This document shows, in pieces, positions 1 through 14,947 of a DNA stretch of 64,000 nucleotides. The DNA lies in NCBI GenBank assembly GCA_009914755.4, contig CP068257.2:24384001-24448000 (forward strand), given 5' to 3'. Below the pieces are notes generated by a model. That model searched no databases and was not told the DNA's origin. It saw nothing but the letters and a program-made list of their open reading frames with translations. A program made the position numbers and the translations under genes. The first letter of the stretch is position 1; each line of letters starts with the position of its first letter. This stretch comes from the human T2T-CHM13v2.0 reference genome, Homo sapiens.

Positions 1-2022
1 CAAGAGCACACGGTTTTGTTTGAATAATGCTGCATCTTCCCAAAGAATGCCAAACACAACAACATTACAACTTTTAACTGCAGTTTTCATGAACAGCTAG
101 AAACACTGAAAGGAAAAAAATGACTTTTCCACCACTTCTTCAAATGCTGGACAGACTGTTGTCCTGTGGACTTGTTTTGAAAAGCTCATCACAGTTTAAG
201 GAGTTGCAAGGGAGGAACAGTTTATGGAAATATAAAGCTGAGCATCATAAAACAATTTCCTTACAAACAATCAAATAACAACTCACAATAAAATAAACGC
301 TTGGCAACATAGTGGAACATTCATACCACATTCGCAGACTTTAGTGGCTATCAATTTATAGTGGGTGGCTTTTACAGCTTTTAAACACCAATAACAAACA
401 TTTTTACAGAACAAGGGAACCATCTGAAAATGCTGACCATCCCCAGAGTATCTGAATTTAATAAGGTCAAAGGGACATTCCTACGAGGAAATAAATCACT
501 GATGATAAAATTTTATGTGTCAGCATGCGAGATTTTACTTGGATGAAGGAGAAATGACATCACAAAGGTGACTCTCCTTCTGTTTCTAACTAAAGCTGAC
601 CTTGATATAATTCCACATGCAGGTGCCGCCTGATAAGTCCCTTTACAGAGTGAAAGATTTTGATTCACACACCAATTTTCATTTCTGTTTATTAAAGTCA
701 TGCCAAAAAAGTCACCATTTGTATTTTCTAAGAAAGCCATATGACATTCTAGAAATGGCAAAATTATAGACAGTAACAGATCAGTGGCTTGGAAAGGTTA
801 AAGGCAAGAGAGGGTCGAACAGGAGGAACACAGAGGATTTGGGGGATAGTAAAAGTACTCAGTATGACACTACAATGGTGGGTACATGTCATTAGACAGT
901 TTTCCAAACTCACAGAATAAACAATGCTGAGAGAATGCTAATGTAAACTATGGACTTTGGGTGATAATAATGGTGTCAGTGTAGGTTCACTGATTGTAAC
1001 AAATCGCTCTAAGGGGGACGCTGATAATGGGAGAGGCTGTGCAAGTGTATGAACAGGGAGTATATGGGAGAATCTCAGTACCTTCTGCCTAATTTTGCTG
1101 TGAACCTAAAACTGCTCTAAAACAATAAAGTCTATATTTATTCTTTCACAGTCTCTGTTAAGACGGACTTTTTTCTTCTTGCTACAGATAAACAGGGAGG
1201 AAATGACAGAGAGAAAGCTCTGATTCTCATGGTTATGTGAATATGGACTATCATGAGATCCAACCTACTTGCACTGATGAGGGAAGAGGGAAGACAACCA
1301 ATGTCAGTTCCTGAAATGCAACCAACCAGGGGAAAGCTCAGCAGGAAGAGGTTCAGACTCTTCCTCTGTGGATATGAAAATGGGAAAAAAGAGTCTAGAG
1401 GCTCCCAGAGTCAGAAGAGAGAGAAAATACAGTAGTTTTTTTCAAGAAGATAAACAGACGGTTCTCCTTCTCTCTGTCTCAACTCTCCAAACTGCCAGAG
1501 TCTAAACTGGAAGGTACAATGGCTGGATAAGTCAGTTTGTCCGAAAGGAAAGCAGTTTTTGAAATTACTGCTACTAAATTAGGAAAATGTTTCCGGGGAG
1601 GGAGGGCAAAGTAAGAAATAGCCAGTACTTCTCCCGCATAAAGGCACTGTTAGAAGCGAAACACAAGGGGACACATCACCTAATTCTATTTGAATTAAAT
1701 ATGAAAACAAGCAAACTGCAGGCAAATAGAACTCAGGGGAAAGGCCAGTAACTGGCAGGGGCCAGGAGAGAGGATTCTAGGGGCCAGCAAGTCTCTGTGT
1801 TCTGGTCCGGATGCTGGCTATCTAGTTGTGTGGTCTTAAAAAACTTTGCTTACTTGCATTACCTCTTATGTGTACTTCTCTCTAAATAAATCAGTAAAAA
1901 GGTTGAAAAGGGTTTCTTGTTACTTGCAGCTAAAGGCATAAGCCCACCTGGGGCCCTAGGTTTAAGGCCTCCAGCTTTAGGAAGATAACCACATGACTGG
2001 ACTACCAAAAATTCATGACTCA

Positions 2023-2302
2023 GGCCTGAGGAGGTGGCTCATGCCTGTAATCCCAGCACGTTGCGGGGCCGAGGCAGGCAGATCACTTGGGGCCAGGAGT
2101 TCGAGACCAGCCTGGCCAACATAGTGAAATTCCGTCTCTACTAAAAATACAAAAAATTAGCTGGACGTGGGGGTGCACGCCTGTAATCCCAGCTACTTGG
2201 GAGGCTGAGGCATGAGAATCACTTGAACTCAGGAGGCAGAAGCTGCATTGCACTCCAGCCTGGGTGACAGAGTGAGACTCTGTCTCAAAAAAAAAAAAAA
2301 AA
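2023..2302 (+). mobile_element. Alu SINE (AluS-like), full length
   Basis: ggcctgaggaggtggctcatgcctgtaatcccagc ... poly-A. Flanking TSD is roughly a[a/g][t/g]tcatgac[t/a]ca. Confidence 0.9.
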
Positions 2303-5300
2303 GGAATAAATAAATAAAGTCATGACACAGCTGATTAAGAATGAGCTATAAATCACAATCTTGATCTGAAATTAGGCTATATCATCATTCTTACACATTT
2401 AATGAATACTTATTCTGAGTGAGACAATTCACACTAACTGCTGTATGAGTAACAGACATACTGCAGATTAAACGCTTCAGAAATTCAACAGAGAAGTGAT
2501 TGTTGCGAGCCAGAGGCATCTGAGTTGGCCGGAAGTGATAGGTGGCTGTGGGGATGAGGCAGGAATATCCACATAATGCACAAGTGGAATAAGAAGTAAA
2601 TAAAATATAATGAAATTTTACACAGGCACTGAGTTTTAACAGTGAGGAAGGGTAAACTGCAGAGACACGGGGATTCAGGTATTTTTTTTCTTTAGCCAAT
2701 GGATAAATATTTGAGTTGAAAGGCATATGTACAAATTGATGATAATGAGCAAAAAAGTGGCAATGCATTCATTCATTCATCCATTGAATCATTCCATTAA
2801 GTACCTCTCTAAGCCAACCCCTAGTAATTCAATCAACAATATTCGCTGTGCTTTACCAAGTGCCAGTACTATTCCAGGTAGTGAAGATAAAGCACTCAAT
2901 TTCTTGGAATCTATCTATTAGTTGGGGAGGTGTAATATGAGCAAGAAAAAAAATTATGGAAAAGTACTATAGGGAAAGGAGATGGGGCTAATTGCTAATG
3001 AATGACTATGATAGATGTGTGCCAGGGATGGGTAGCATTTCAAACAGGGTGGTCAGGGAAGGGCCCCACGGAAGAGCCATGTGAACTAAAAATGCTGAAG
3101 TCGGGCACGGCAAAACCAAGAGAGTGCATGGATGGCTGAGGCAGGGGTAAGAGCAAGTGCAAAGGCCCAGGTGTGAGGAAGAGATTAGCACGTTCAGCAA
3201 AAACAACAAAGGGCCAGTGAGCTTAGGGAGTAGCAGATGAGGGAGGAAGTATAAGATCTGGTGGTGGAGACAGACAGGCATAGTGTTACCCAGTACGGTT
3301 ACATTTCTTACAGCAACTGGAACGACTCAATGAGATTTAAGTTGCAATGATGTCTCTGGCTGCTGGGCACAGAATGGTCTCCAGGGAAAACATGAATGGA
3401 TGCTGGGAAGCTGGACACTGGGCCAGGAGCTAGGGGTACACTGGAAAGCAAAGGTGGCTCACAAGGCAAGTAGCCAAAGGCCAGACACTGACCTCAGCAC
3501 CTGTATAAATGCAAAATTACTGCCCTGATAACAATTACATACAGCCAGAAGACCCAAAAGAGTGAGTGCTAGTGTGTCTAGTGAGGCAGAGATTCCAGGT
3601 GTCTAGTGAGGCATGACTGAAATGTGACCCAAAGAAGGTCCGAAGTGAATGAAGTCCAGGGGCCAAAGATAGCTCTCCACTAGGCAGGGTGGGTAGAGCA
3701 TGTGCAAAGGCCCGGTGACAGGAGGGAGGGAAACCTGAGCACCTGAAAGGGAATTGGCTGACAAGAACAGAAAGTGGGCTCCAAGAATGGCAAGTCAGCA
3801 GTGGCACAGAGCAGGTCTTGGCAAACTGCAACCCGCAACTTGTTCTTGTACATCCTGTGAGCTAAGGGTGGGCTTTGCATTTTTTAAAGGATTATAAAAA
3901 GAAAAGAAAGGGGGTAAAAATGACAGCAATATGTGACAGAGATTGTATGCGACCTGTAAGGCCTAAATACGGATTGTAAAAATGACCATTTAAAGTCAAA
4001 CCAACTTCTCTCAACACATGCTCCTGTAAACCCTGCCCCACTTACGTTAGTGAATTAGTGAATTTCTAAAAAAAAATTACTGAAACAAGCAAAGAGATCC
4101 GAGAAGCACTAAAGCCCAGCTTTTGTGTAAACCAGCAGTTCCTGGGCAGAACCTTTAAAAGACAATCTCTCTTTACTCTGCTATCTCAGTACACACTTAG
4201 GGTAACATGAATATCCTAGCAATAGAGCAACAATCTAAACAATACCCCTGGGACATGATATAAGACAAATCCAAGGAGTGGACAGTTTATAGGAAAACTG
4301 GTACAGCTTCTTCAGCAAGTCAGTGTCAGGATATAAAAAGTGCTATTCTGAATCCTAAGAATTAAGGATGTAAGATGCTGGCCCTGGTGCCGGATAGGAT
4401 GTGAAATGCATAACCTGTGAAGGACCTTTCTGGAACTCAGGGAGAATCTGAATATGGACATGGTATCCAATGGTACTAAAAATTTATGTTAATTTTGTGG
4501 GTGAGATGGTATCATCTGGACTCTGTAGAAAAATGTTCTTAGATTTTAGAGACATATACTGACATCTTAAATATGCTTCCTATCTGAACTTTTCTTTAAA
4601 ATATCTTGGCATCATAAAAAGTATGTTTAAAGGGGGAAAATGATATTCTGGCAAGACTTAAATTTGGAATATAATTACAGTAAAAGGCTAAATTGCTTTT
4701 TTAAAGGCTATCTTGGAGGCAAGAAAAGTCATATATTATCAAAAGCAGATTATTGTTCTGACAGCTTTATGAACCAACTAGAATTAAGGAGAAGCACCTA
4801 AGGTCATAAAAAGTTTTGGAGTCATTTTAAATTCTTGATATGTGAAAAAGTTTGGTTAATCAGATGCTAGGCCAGAAAACTGTGAACGAGCAAATTCCTC
4901 ATGTCCAAAGGTTTAGCTGCTACTAAGGATGGGTGATCCATATATATTTTGGGTGGAGAGTTGGAAGTATATGACCTTTGGCTGTCTAACAAATATTTGA
5001 GTTCCAGGGTCTGCTCTGGAGTCTAGGGATGCTGCAGAGAATAAAGCAGACAAAATTCCCTGCCTTCCTGGTATTTACATTCTACAGGGAAGGAAAGATA
5101 TAAGAAAACTAAAACAACGATGTTACACTAGCACATTACAAGGTGACAAGTGTTACAGAGAAAATGAAAGCAGCAAAGCTAGGGGTGGGCTGGGGCTGGT
5201 AGTTGGCCGGGCTGTTGCAGTTTCTACAGAAGATGGTAAAAGAAGATGCCCTGAAAAGGTGTCAATGCAGCAAGAACTATGTGCCTGGCATCTCCTTCCA

Positions 5301-5523
5301 CTGTGTCCATACACATGAGAACTACTACACAGCTATAGGTGGTCTGTGTCCAAAATGGCTACAAAGCAACCTAGGAAAGTCACAAAGTAAGAGAAAAGCC
5401 TGGTCCTTTTCTTTTGGGGGCACTTTGTGAAGACCTATTCCTTAGAAAGAAGAGAGAAGCTGCATGCTTCTGGGCTTCTCCCCCTCTTTTTTGGGAAAAA
5501 ATAATTGGTTCTGTTAAGGAAGT

Positions 5524-5899
5524 GTATCAGTCTGTTTTCATGCTGCTGATAAAGACATACCCAAGATTGGGGAGAAAAAGAGGTTTAATGGGACTTACAG
5601 TTCCACATGGCTGGGGAGGCCTCAGAATCATGGCGGGAGGTGAAAGGCATTTCTTACATGGTGGCGGCAAGAGAAAAATGAGGAAAAGGCAAGAGAAAAA
5701 TGAGGAAGAAGCAAAAGCAGAAACCCCTGATAAACCCATGAGATCTTGTGAGACTTATTCATTATCGCAAGAATAGTACAGAGAAGATCAGCCCCCATGA
5801 ATCAATTACCTCCCCCTGGGTCCCTCCCACAACATGTGGGAATTCTGGGAGATATAATTGAAGTTGATATTTGAATGGAGACACAGCCAGTCCATATCA
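5524..5899 (-). mobile_element. MaLR solo LTR (THE1/MST family)
   Basis: Reverse complement of the THE1-type LTR: tgtatcagtctgttttcatgctgctgataaagacatacccaagattgg ... ccacaacatgtgggaattc ... acacagccagtccatatca. Confidence 0.75.
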
Positions 5900-6906
5900 G
5901 GAAGCAAAAACAACAAACTCTGCTCCTCCTTCCAGCACGCTCCCCAAAATGCAGCAATACCTTGTCCTGCCCCAGATTCGTAAGTGGAGCCCCATTCCTA
6001 GGAGAAAACAGATACATCTGCACCACTGATCCTCAGTGGCAGAATATGCCAGGTATCTGTCCAGGAGAAGAAGCCATGTGGCTCAGGCTACAGGGTTTAT
6101 AGCCCAAGGCCTCCCTTGCCTCTGTGCTCTGAGGGCTTGAAGTAAGTAGAAAAGTACTTTAAATTGTATCATAAAGGTAAAGATGATGTAGCTTCTTGGG
6201 TTAGCCACAACATTTAGGAAAAGCATGTTCTGGAGAGGTAAGACTTTTAGTTGATTTTCCATTAGTGAGCTAACATTTTTCCTCTTCCAACAAGCCCACT
6301 TTCTTGCATTGGTAAGTATTAAGTATCTTTTTTTAAAGTATCTGTGGTTGGTTGGCATCTGAGAAATCTGTAGGGTCAAATATCAAATAGACACCCCTAG
6401 CACAATGCCACAAATGCACAAGGGATGAGGCTATGAAATTTGTGAATTCTTTTCCTTTCTCAAGGAACGACTACACTTACATATACTCCAGTTAATTGTA
6501 TGTTCTAGTTATGTAGATCCTAGAGAGAAGGTCTAGTGTGGTGATTAATGGTGACTTTCCAGAGCTCAGCCACGTGGGTTTCATTCTCAGTGCTGCCACC
6601 TGCCAGCTCCAATGTGACTATGAACATGTCACTTAGGCTGCTGTGACTTGGTTTCCTCATCTTTAACATGGGATGGAAATATTAACCACCTCAGGGGATG
6701 GTGTGAACAGCCAATGATGTAAATAACACACTTGGAACAGCACATGATAAGAGTTAAATACTGTGCCTATTTACTGTTTTTAACTACAGCTTAAATGTAT
6801 ACTTATGACATTTCTTTTCTTTTTATTGCTATTAGGTTTTGAAAATGGTATAAAAATATCATTTGTTTTTCACAGGTAATGTTTTTCTTGGGGCTTATTA
6901 TTTTAG

Positions 6907-6934
6907 AAAAAAAAAAAATATATATATATATATA
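6907..6934. repeat. A12 + (TA)8 simple repeat
   Basis: aaaaaaaaaaaatatatatatatatata. Confidence 0.9.
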
Positions 6935-7236
6935 AAGAGCTATCCTTTACTGGGCGCTATGCCTAGTAAGTTCCCAACTGCTGACTATAGGCTCAGAGCC
7001 CTGCAGAGATGGGATGTAAACAAGCATAAAACAGTGTTTTCAGTGAAGTGCATATTAACAATAATGGGCTGAACAAAGAATGTTCATTGGTGGAGTTTGG
7101 GAGGGACAGACTGAAGAATAATCTGTTGAAGAGGTAACAGGTAAACTGGGACATGATGAATGAATAGAAATCTACAAAGAAGGTAGCAAACAGGACACTG
7201 TAGAAACAGGGAATGGCACCCGTAGCAGATGAAGAG

Positions 7237-7611
7237 TGATATGGTTTGGCTGTGTCCTCACTCAAATCTCATCTTGAATTGTAATCCTCATAATCCCCAT
7301 GTGTCTAGAGAAAGACCTGGTGGGACGGAATTGGATCATGGGAGTGGTTTCCCCATGCTGTTCTCGTGACAGTGAGGGAGTTCTCAGGAGATCTGACAGT
7401 TTTATAAGGGGCTGTTCCCACTCTGCTCCTCGCTCTTCTCTTTCCTGCCGCCTTATGAAGAAGGATGTGTTTGCTTCCCCTTCTGCCATGATTGTAAGTT
7501 TCCTGAGGCCTCCTCAGCCATGCAGAACTGTGAGTCAATTAAACCTCTTTCCTTTATAAACTACCCAGTCTTGGTTATATCTTTATAGCAGTGTGAAAAT
7601 GGACTCATACA
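7237..7611 (+). mobile_element. MaLR solo LTR (THE1 family)
   Basis: tgatatggtttggctgtgtcctcactcaaatctcatcttgaattgtaatcc ... ccatgcagaactgtgagtcaattaaacctctttcctttataaactacccagtcttgg ... gtgtgaaaatggactcataca. This is the canonical THE1 LTR start and end. Confidence 0.8.
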
Positions 7612-8410
7612 AAGAGTGCTACAGGAATTGCCAATTCTCAGTATGGTGGAGGAGGGGGTGGACTGCAGGAAGGGAGCTGACTAGCTGTAGCTCTGCTCTT
7701 TTATGAAGGGCTTTGTTTCACAGGCTGAGGAGTCTGGACCATCATCTAGATGCAGAGCCTAGTAGAAAAGCCTGAAGCAGAAGAGTGGCAAGGTTAGTTG
7801 TATTGCAACAAACATGAGCTAGCAGAAGCATGGAGGACAGATAGGTGGAGGAGCGACAGTTGGGATGTGAAGGCGGTGCTCGTGAAGCCTACTGAGAACT
7901 TGGATAAAATAACAGCACAGAACTGGTGACTGGGGATGAAGGGAGTGAGTAAGAGGAGGAATCTGATGCTTTGAGTTGGAGAATAGTTACTAATGGTAAC
8001 AGAGGATACAGGAGGAATTAAGAAATGGAGCTAATGGGTTCAGCTTTGATCATGGTAGACTTGAGATTCTGTAAGACCCCGCTGGAGAGGCATACAGCAG
8101 ACAGCTGAAAACAAAGAACAAAAAAATCTGAGCCACTAATACACAGGCACTGCTTTTCTATTTCCATTAAATAAACAGTGCTGCACTTTGTTGTTTTTTA
8201 AACTAAAGAGCTGCCATTCCTGAAAGACCACAGATAATAGACCAGATGCCCACTCACTTTCTGCATGGATAATATGTCCCACTGTGATACCATTATTTAA
8301 GTAGAAACAAAATCTAGCCTTATGAAGTCTAATTATACCATTCCTCCTCCTTCCTTCCCCTCTCTCTCCCTGCAAGCATAATTCAAGACTGCTTTCCCAT
8401 TCAGAGATCT

Positions 8411-8870
<460 letters not shown>

Positions 8871-9114
8871 ATGAAAAGCCATTCACTCATCAAATGCTAG
8901 TGGCTGCTAAGTGTCTGGCATTCTGCTGGATCCGAGGCTCCAAAAGGGAAAAAGATAAGCTCCCTGTACTCAGAGAGATTACATTCTATGGGGGGAGAGA
9001 ACGACAACGAACCAATAAAATACTAAAATGTGATTCATTTCAGAATGGAAGTAAATAGGCTGCTAGGATTGAGAATAATGAAGAAGGGGTGTTTTCTTCA
9101 GAAAAGAATGATCA

Positions 9115-9385
<271 letters not shown>

Positions 9386-10849
9386 CAGAATGATCAAGGG
9401 AATTCATTCTGGAAAGATGGCAACAAAACTGAGGCTGAAGGTGGGACCTTGGAACATCCATTATAGACAATGAGATCTGTCAGCCCGGGGGTTAGCAAGC
9501 TGGGGATATTGACTTGTGTGACACTGAGCAGGGGAGAGTCGGGGGAAAGAGAGGCATGGGGTGATACTGCGGAGGTAGGGAGGAGCTGGGTCAAATACAC
9601 TAATACCTGTAAGGAATGTAGGAGGTCAAACCTGACACCAACTACGTGTTTGTTAGTTGTTACCCGTTATCAATTATCCTCAGCATATCCAAATAAGGCT
9701 TCATTGTTTTCTCTCTGTGCACTTGGTTTTTAAGCGTATTGGTAAGCCACGAACACAACTTAAATTTGGGGGTTCCAGGATCTGCTTTATGTAAATAAAC
9801 ACTCTACATCCTGGCTGCTGTACAGAGAATGGCTTGGTGTGGGAGAAGAAAGCAGCGCATGTGTCAGGGAGAGAGAACGAGAGCAGAGATTAGCAGGATA
9901 CGGAAATAACTCCAGCAAGAAACAATGGGAGTTTAGATTAGTGCTGGAAAAGATGGAGATAAGTGGATAAATCCAGAATTCATAGGATGTGCAGAAGAGA
10001 CGATGATGAGTTCTAGGTTCTCAGCAATAATCCCTAGGAGAGGGCATAGGACCATTACTGAGATAGAATAGCTTTGAGAGAACCACATTGAGGACTGGGT
10101 AGCAGGGGAATTAAGAACTCTCATTTGGACATGTTAGGATTCATATGCCTATGAAATAACTAGGTAGAGTCTGGCCTAGAGAAATAAACCTTGGCCTAGT
10201 CTACTTACAAATGGTATTTAAAGTCAAGGGCATGGATTACAGCAATCAGGAAGAGCGAGCCAGAAAGAAAAATAGTATAATAATTGTAAAGAGATAGCCA
10301 GTGTCAGGAATTTAATGGATGAAATGTCAAAACAAAACAAAATCAGCCAAGACAGGATAATTAAAACCACAAAGGCTAGGGTGGGGGTGGGGGGTAGAAC
10401 TGGGGGGTGGGAACTCCTAAAGCCTGCATAAACAATGTGTAGGAAAGACAGGCTGGAAATGACAGTGACACACAGGTTACTAGACAAAGGGCTTCTGAGA
10501 AATGGCAAAGGTAACCAATTCTAAGAACTTACTAATCTTAAGGTGATTTATAGATAAAAGTCCCATCCTATAAATGTCTGGATTCTTGAGCCCAGAGATA
10601 TTCTGGGTCTGTCTGTACTGGTATTCTGCTGGGCAGGTAAAGGGGTTATGAAGAGAAGTACTATCTTACTTGCCTGTCAACTAATACTGATGACAGAGCA
10701 AAAGCGTCATGCACTTTACAGTCGTGGTCATAGCCAAAGATTGCAGATGTCCTAGACACAGTATTTGAGACAGAGAATGGAACATACATAGCCAAGTTAC
10801 TAATATACATGTTGGGTAAGAAGATTCCCAAATGGAAGGAAGGTAAAAA

Positions 10850-11615
10850 AGCTCTGTTCTAGTACAACCATTTGAGGATAGTATGGAGATTCCTCAAAAA
10901 ACTAAAAATAGAGCTACCATACGATCCAGCAATCCCACTACTGGGCATTTATCTAAAGGAAGAGAAATCAGTATATTAAAAGAGGTATCTGCACTCCCAT
11001 ATTTACTGCAGCACTACTCACAATAGCCAAGATATGGAATAACCTAGATGTCCAAAGAGACTAATGGATGAAGAAAATGTGATGTGTGTGTGTGTGTGTA
11101 TGTGTGTGTGTCCGTGCGTGCATGCACGTATAATGAAATACTATTAAGCCATACAAAAGAATAAAATCCTGTCATTTGAAGCAACATGGATGGAACTGGA
11201 GGACATATGTTAAGTGAAATAAGCCAAAAACAGAAAGTTAAACACCACATGCTCTCATATGCAGAAGCTAGAAAATGTTGATTTCATAGACGTAAAGAGT
11301 AGAACAGAGGATGATGGAGGCTGGGAAGGGTAGGTAGAAACTGAGGATAGAGAAAGATTTGTTAAAGGATACCAAATTACAGCTAGATAAGAGGAATAAG
11401 TTCTAGTGCTCTACAGCACTGTAGGATGACTACAGTTAACAGTAATATATGACATAATCTCAAACAGCTAGAAGCAGGATATTGAATTTTCCCAACACAA
11501 AGAAATGATACATGCCTGAGATGAATATGCTGATCAGTCTGATCTGATCACTGTGTACCCTGTAAATGTGTACAATTATTACATGTCAATTTTTAAAAAT
11601 AAAAATTTTTAAAAA
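10850..11615 (+). mobile_element. L1 LINE 3' fragment (ORF2 end + 3' UTR, older L1P/L1M type)
   Basis: ggagattcctcaaaaaactaaaaatagagctaccatacgatccagcaatcccactactggg ... cactactcacaatagccaagatatggaa ... aaaatgtg, then 3' UTR-like sequence ending ...tgtcaatttttaaaaataaaaatttttaaaaag. Confidence 0.8.
11084..11130. repeat. (TG)n microsatellite (with degenerate GC-containing end) inside L1
   Basis: tgtgtgtgtgtgtgtgtatgtgtgtgtgtccgtgcgtgcatgcacgta. Confidence 0.9.
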
Positions 11616-12451
11616 GGTACCTTTTAATGAACGGTCTATGCTTAAAATGTTGCTAGGTGTGTTTCAACACCAATGAGTTATATCTGAGGTTGGACCATAA
11701 CTAGACGAGGCACTTAGAGATGCGGTAACTGTGGTCTCAGCATCCTGTTCCACTGCACTTAGTTCCACCATCATTGTATTACAGTAAATGCAATATTGCT
11801 ATCCTGTGACTACCTTGTAAACATATTTTCATAAAACCAAAGTGCTTCATTACCACTTCTGATATGTGTATGAGTCCTTGGCTCCAATTTTCCAATAATA
11901 GTAGCTATACAATTATGTTGAAAACCATTTGAGGCTAACCATTAACATTCAAATGACGTACAATGGGAAACGAATGAATAGTATATTCTAGGAGATAAAA
12001 GATCAAACCTTTGATATATCTTCTCTTACTTATTAGTAGTTAGAGTTTAAGATACAATATTTCTTCTAAAACCATTTCAAAAATATAATTTAAATATAAA
12101 ATTGAAGATCCTAAAAAAGTATAGAAGTTTTAAAGTAGAATGACTTTGCTATTTGAATACCTATTTAAATTTCTATTTAAAATGTCCAAAACAGCCCAAA
12201 TCAATTCTACCTTCATTTTTATAGCAGTTTTCTAATCATGAGACATCATACTTTCTAGTCCTTTTTGCTTCCCTAAAATAAAAAAACTCCTACATATTTA
12301 AATTCATAAATAAGAATTATCATTACTTGATTACTACCAAAACTAATTTTAATAATGTTCTCAACCTTATCTAGGATAGAAGTGCTTAAGGAGCCATTAC
12401 GTATTATTATTGATTATGATTACAAGACCTACAATAATTTTAAAATAACTA

Positions 12452-12928
<477 letters not shown>

Positions 12929-14038
12929 CTACGCATTTTAAACAAGTCCACTGTAAACTTTACCGGCTTGATATGCATTTACACCAATTAGTCGTTTTGG
13001 AAGCAAATACCGTGATACAGATTATTGCAATTTTCCCCATGTTTGAGGTAAAGAAATAGGCTCAAAAAGATTATATATGAGGGTAAAGCACATTTTAAAC
13101 CTTTGAAGATATTTTTGAAGCAAAGATTATCTTATTTACTTACAAGTCTTTTCTTTCCTTGACTACTTGGATGCGTCTATTACACCTGGTTTCTGTTTCC
13201 ACCCAATGTCTTTTTAGGCAGGTTAGTTCTATCATCATGAAATCACTGTAAGTGCAATACTGCCCTTTCCTTCATGATGTCATTCATCTCTTTCCCAGTT
13301 TGTTATCTAACACGTATTAACATTTTAGTATCCAACTACATTAATCTCATGACTACTAGCATTGAAAGAACTGATAAAAAGATAAAAGCAAACCCTTACT
13401 GCCTGGTTTGACAATAAGTAACAGCTCTTCACAAAGGCTGGCAATTAGGTCACTAAGCAAAAAATCTTGGAAGACCAAATTCGACCAACAGCAAACAGTG
13501 GTCTCAAATGTAAAAGAAAACTTAGGTTATATGCTACGCTTACAATAGCAAATTATGTATACTGCTTGAATTACTATTGATCTAAATAAAATGGTGCTAT
13601 GCTATAAAGATTATTTTCAAATAATTTCTAATATCAAACTATACTTTTGAATACCCTTGGCAAATCTTTTCCAGAATTACACATTCCTAAAACAATGAGC
13701 CAATCCACAGGCACGTGTGGCCTACTATATGCTCAACATTCACTTCTCTTTAAAACAATTTACATGACAAAACAAAGTACAACAGTGAACATTCATCAGT
13801 TGCACCTTCAAATGTCTGACAACACAATCAGATGATCTGTGTGTCCTTTACTTATTAAATTGATAACAAATAGAAAATAAAATGTAGATCTGAAGGAAGC
13901 ACTTAATTTTTTTAATTTGCTCAATTGCAAAAAATTTATTTATATAAATATATAAAATGAATTGCTATATTAAAAGAATAATACAAATTAAAATACTATA
14001 AATAATAACTTGACTGCCTTACAAAATCAATTTGAGCT

Positions 14039-14947
<909 letters not shown>

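Noticed and set aside
3000-3900. GC-richer block with several 90-100-aa ORFs (3006-3281, 3535-3831, 3680-3880), considered as a possible exon or CpG island
   Set aside because: It contains repeated gcaaaggccc[ag]g... motifs typical of an old interspersed repeat. CpG dinucleotides are sparse, there is no splice-site context, and there is no similarity to APP. I judge it to be degraded repeat sequence and not an exon or promoter.
5414-5776. 120-aa ORF on the plus strand and 70-aa ORF on the minus strand
   Set aside because: They lie inside the THE1/MST solo LTR (5524-5899). LTR sequence is non-coding, and the ORFs occur by chance in moderately GC-rich repeat.
5524-7611. Reading the two THE1-type LTRs as 5' and 3' LTRs of one ERVL-MaLR provirus
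   Set aside because: They are in opposite orientation and the 1.3 kb between them shows no MaLR internal sequence. They are independent solo LTRs.
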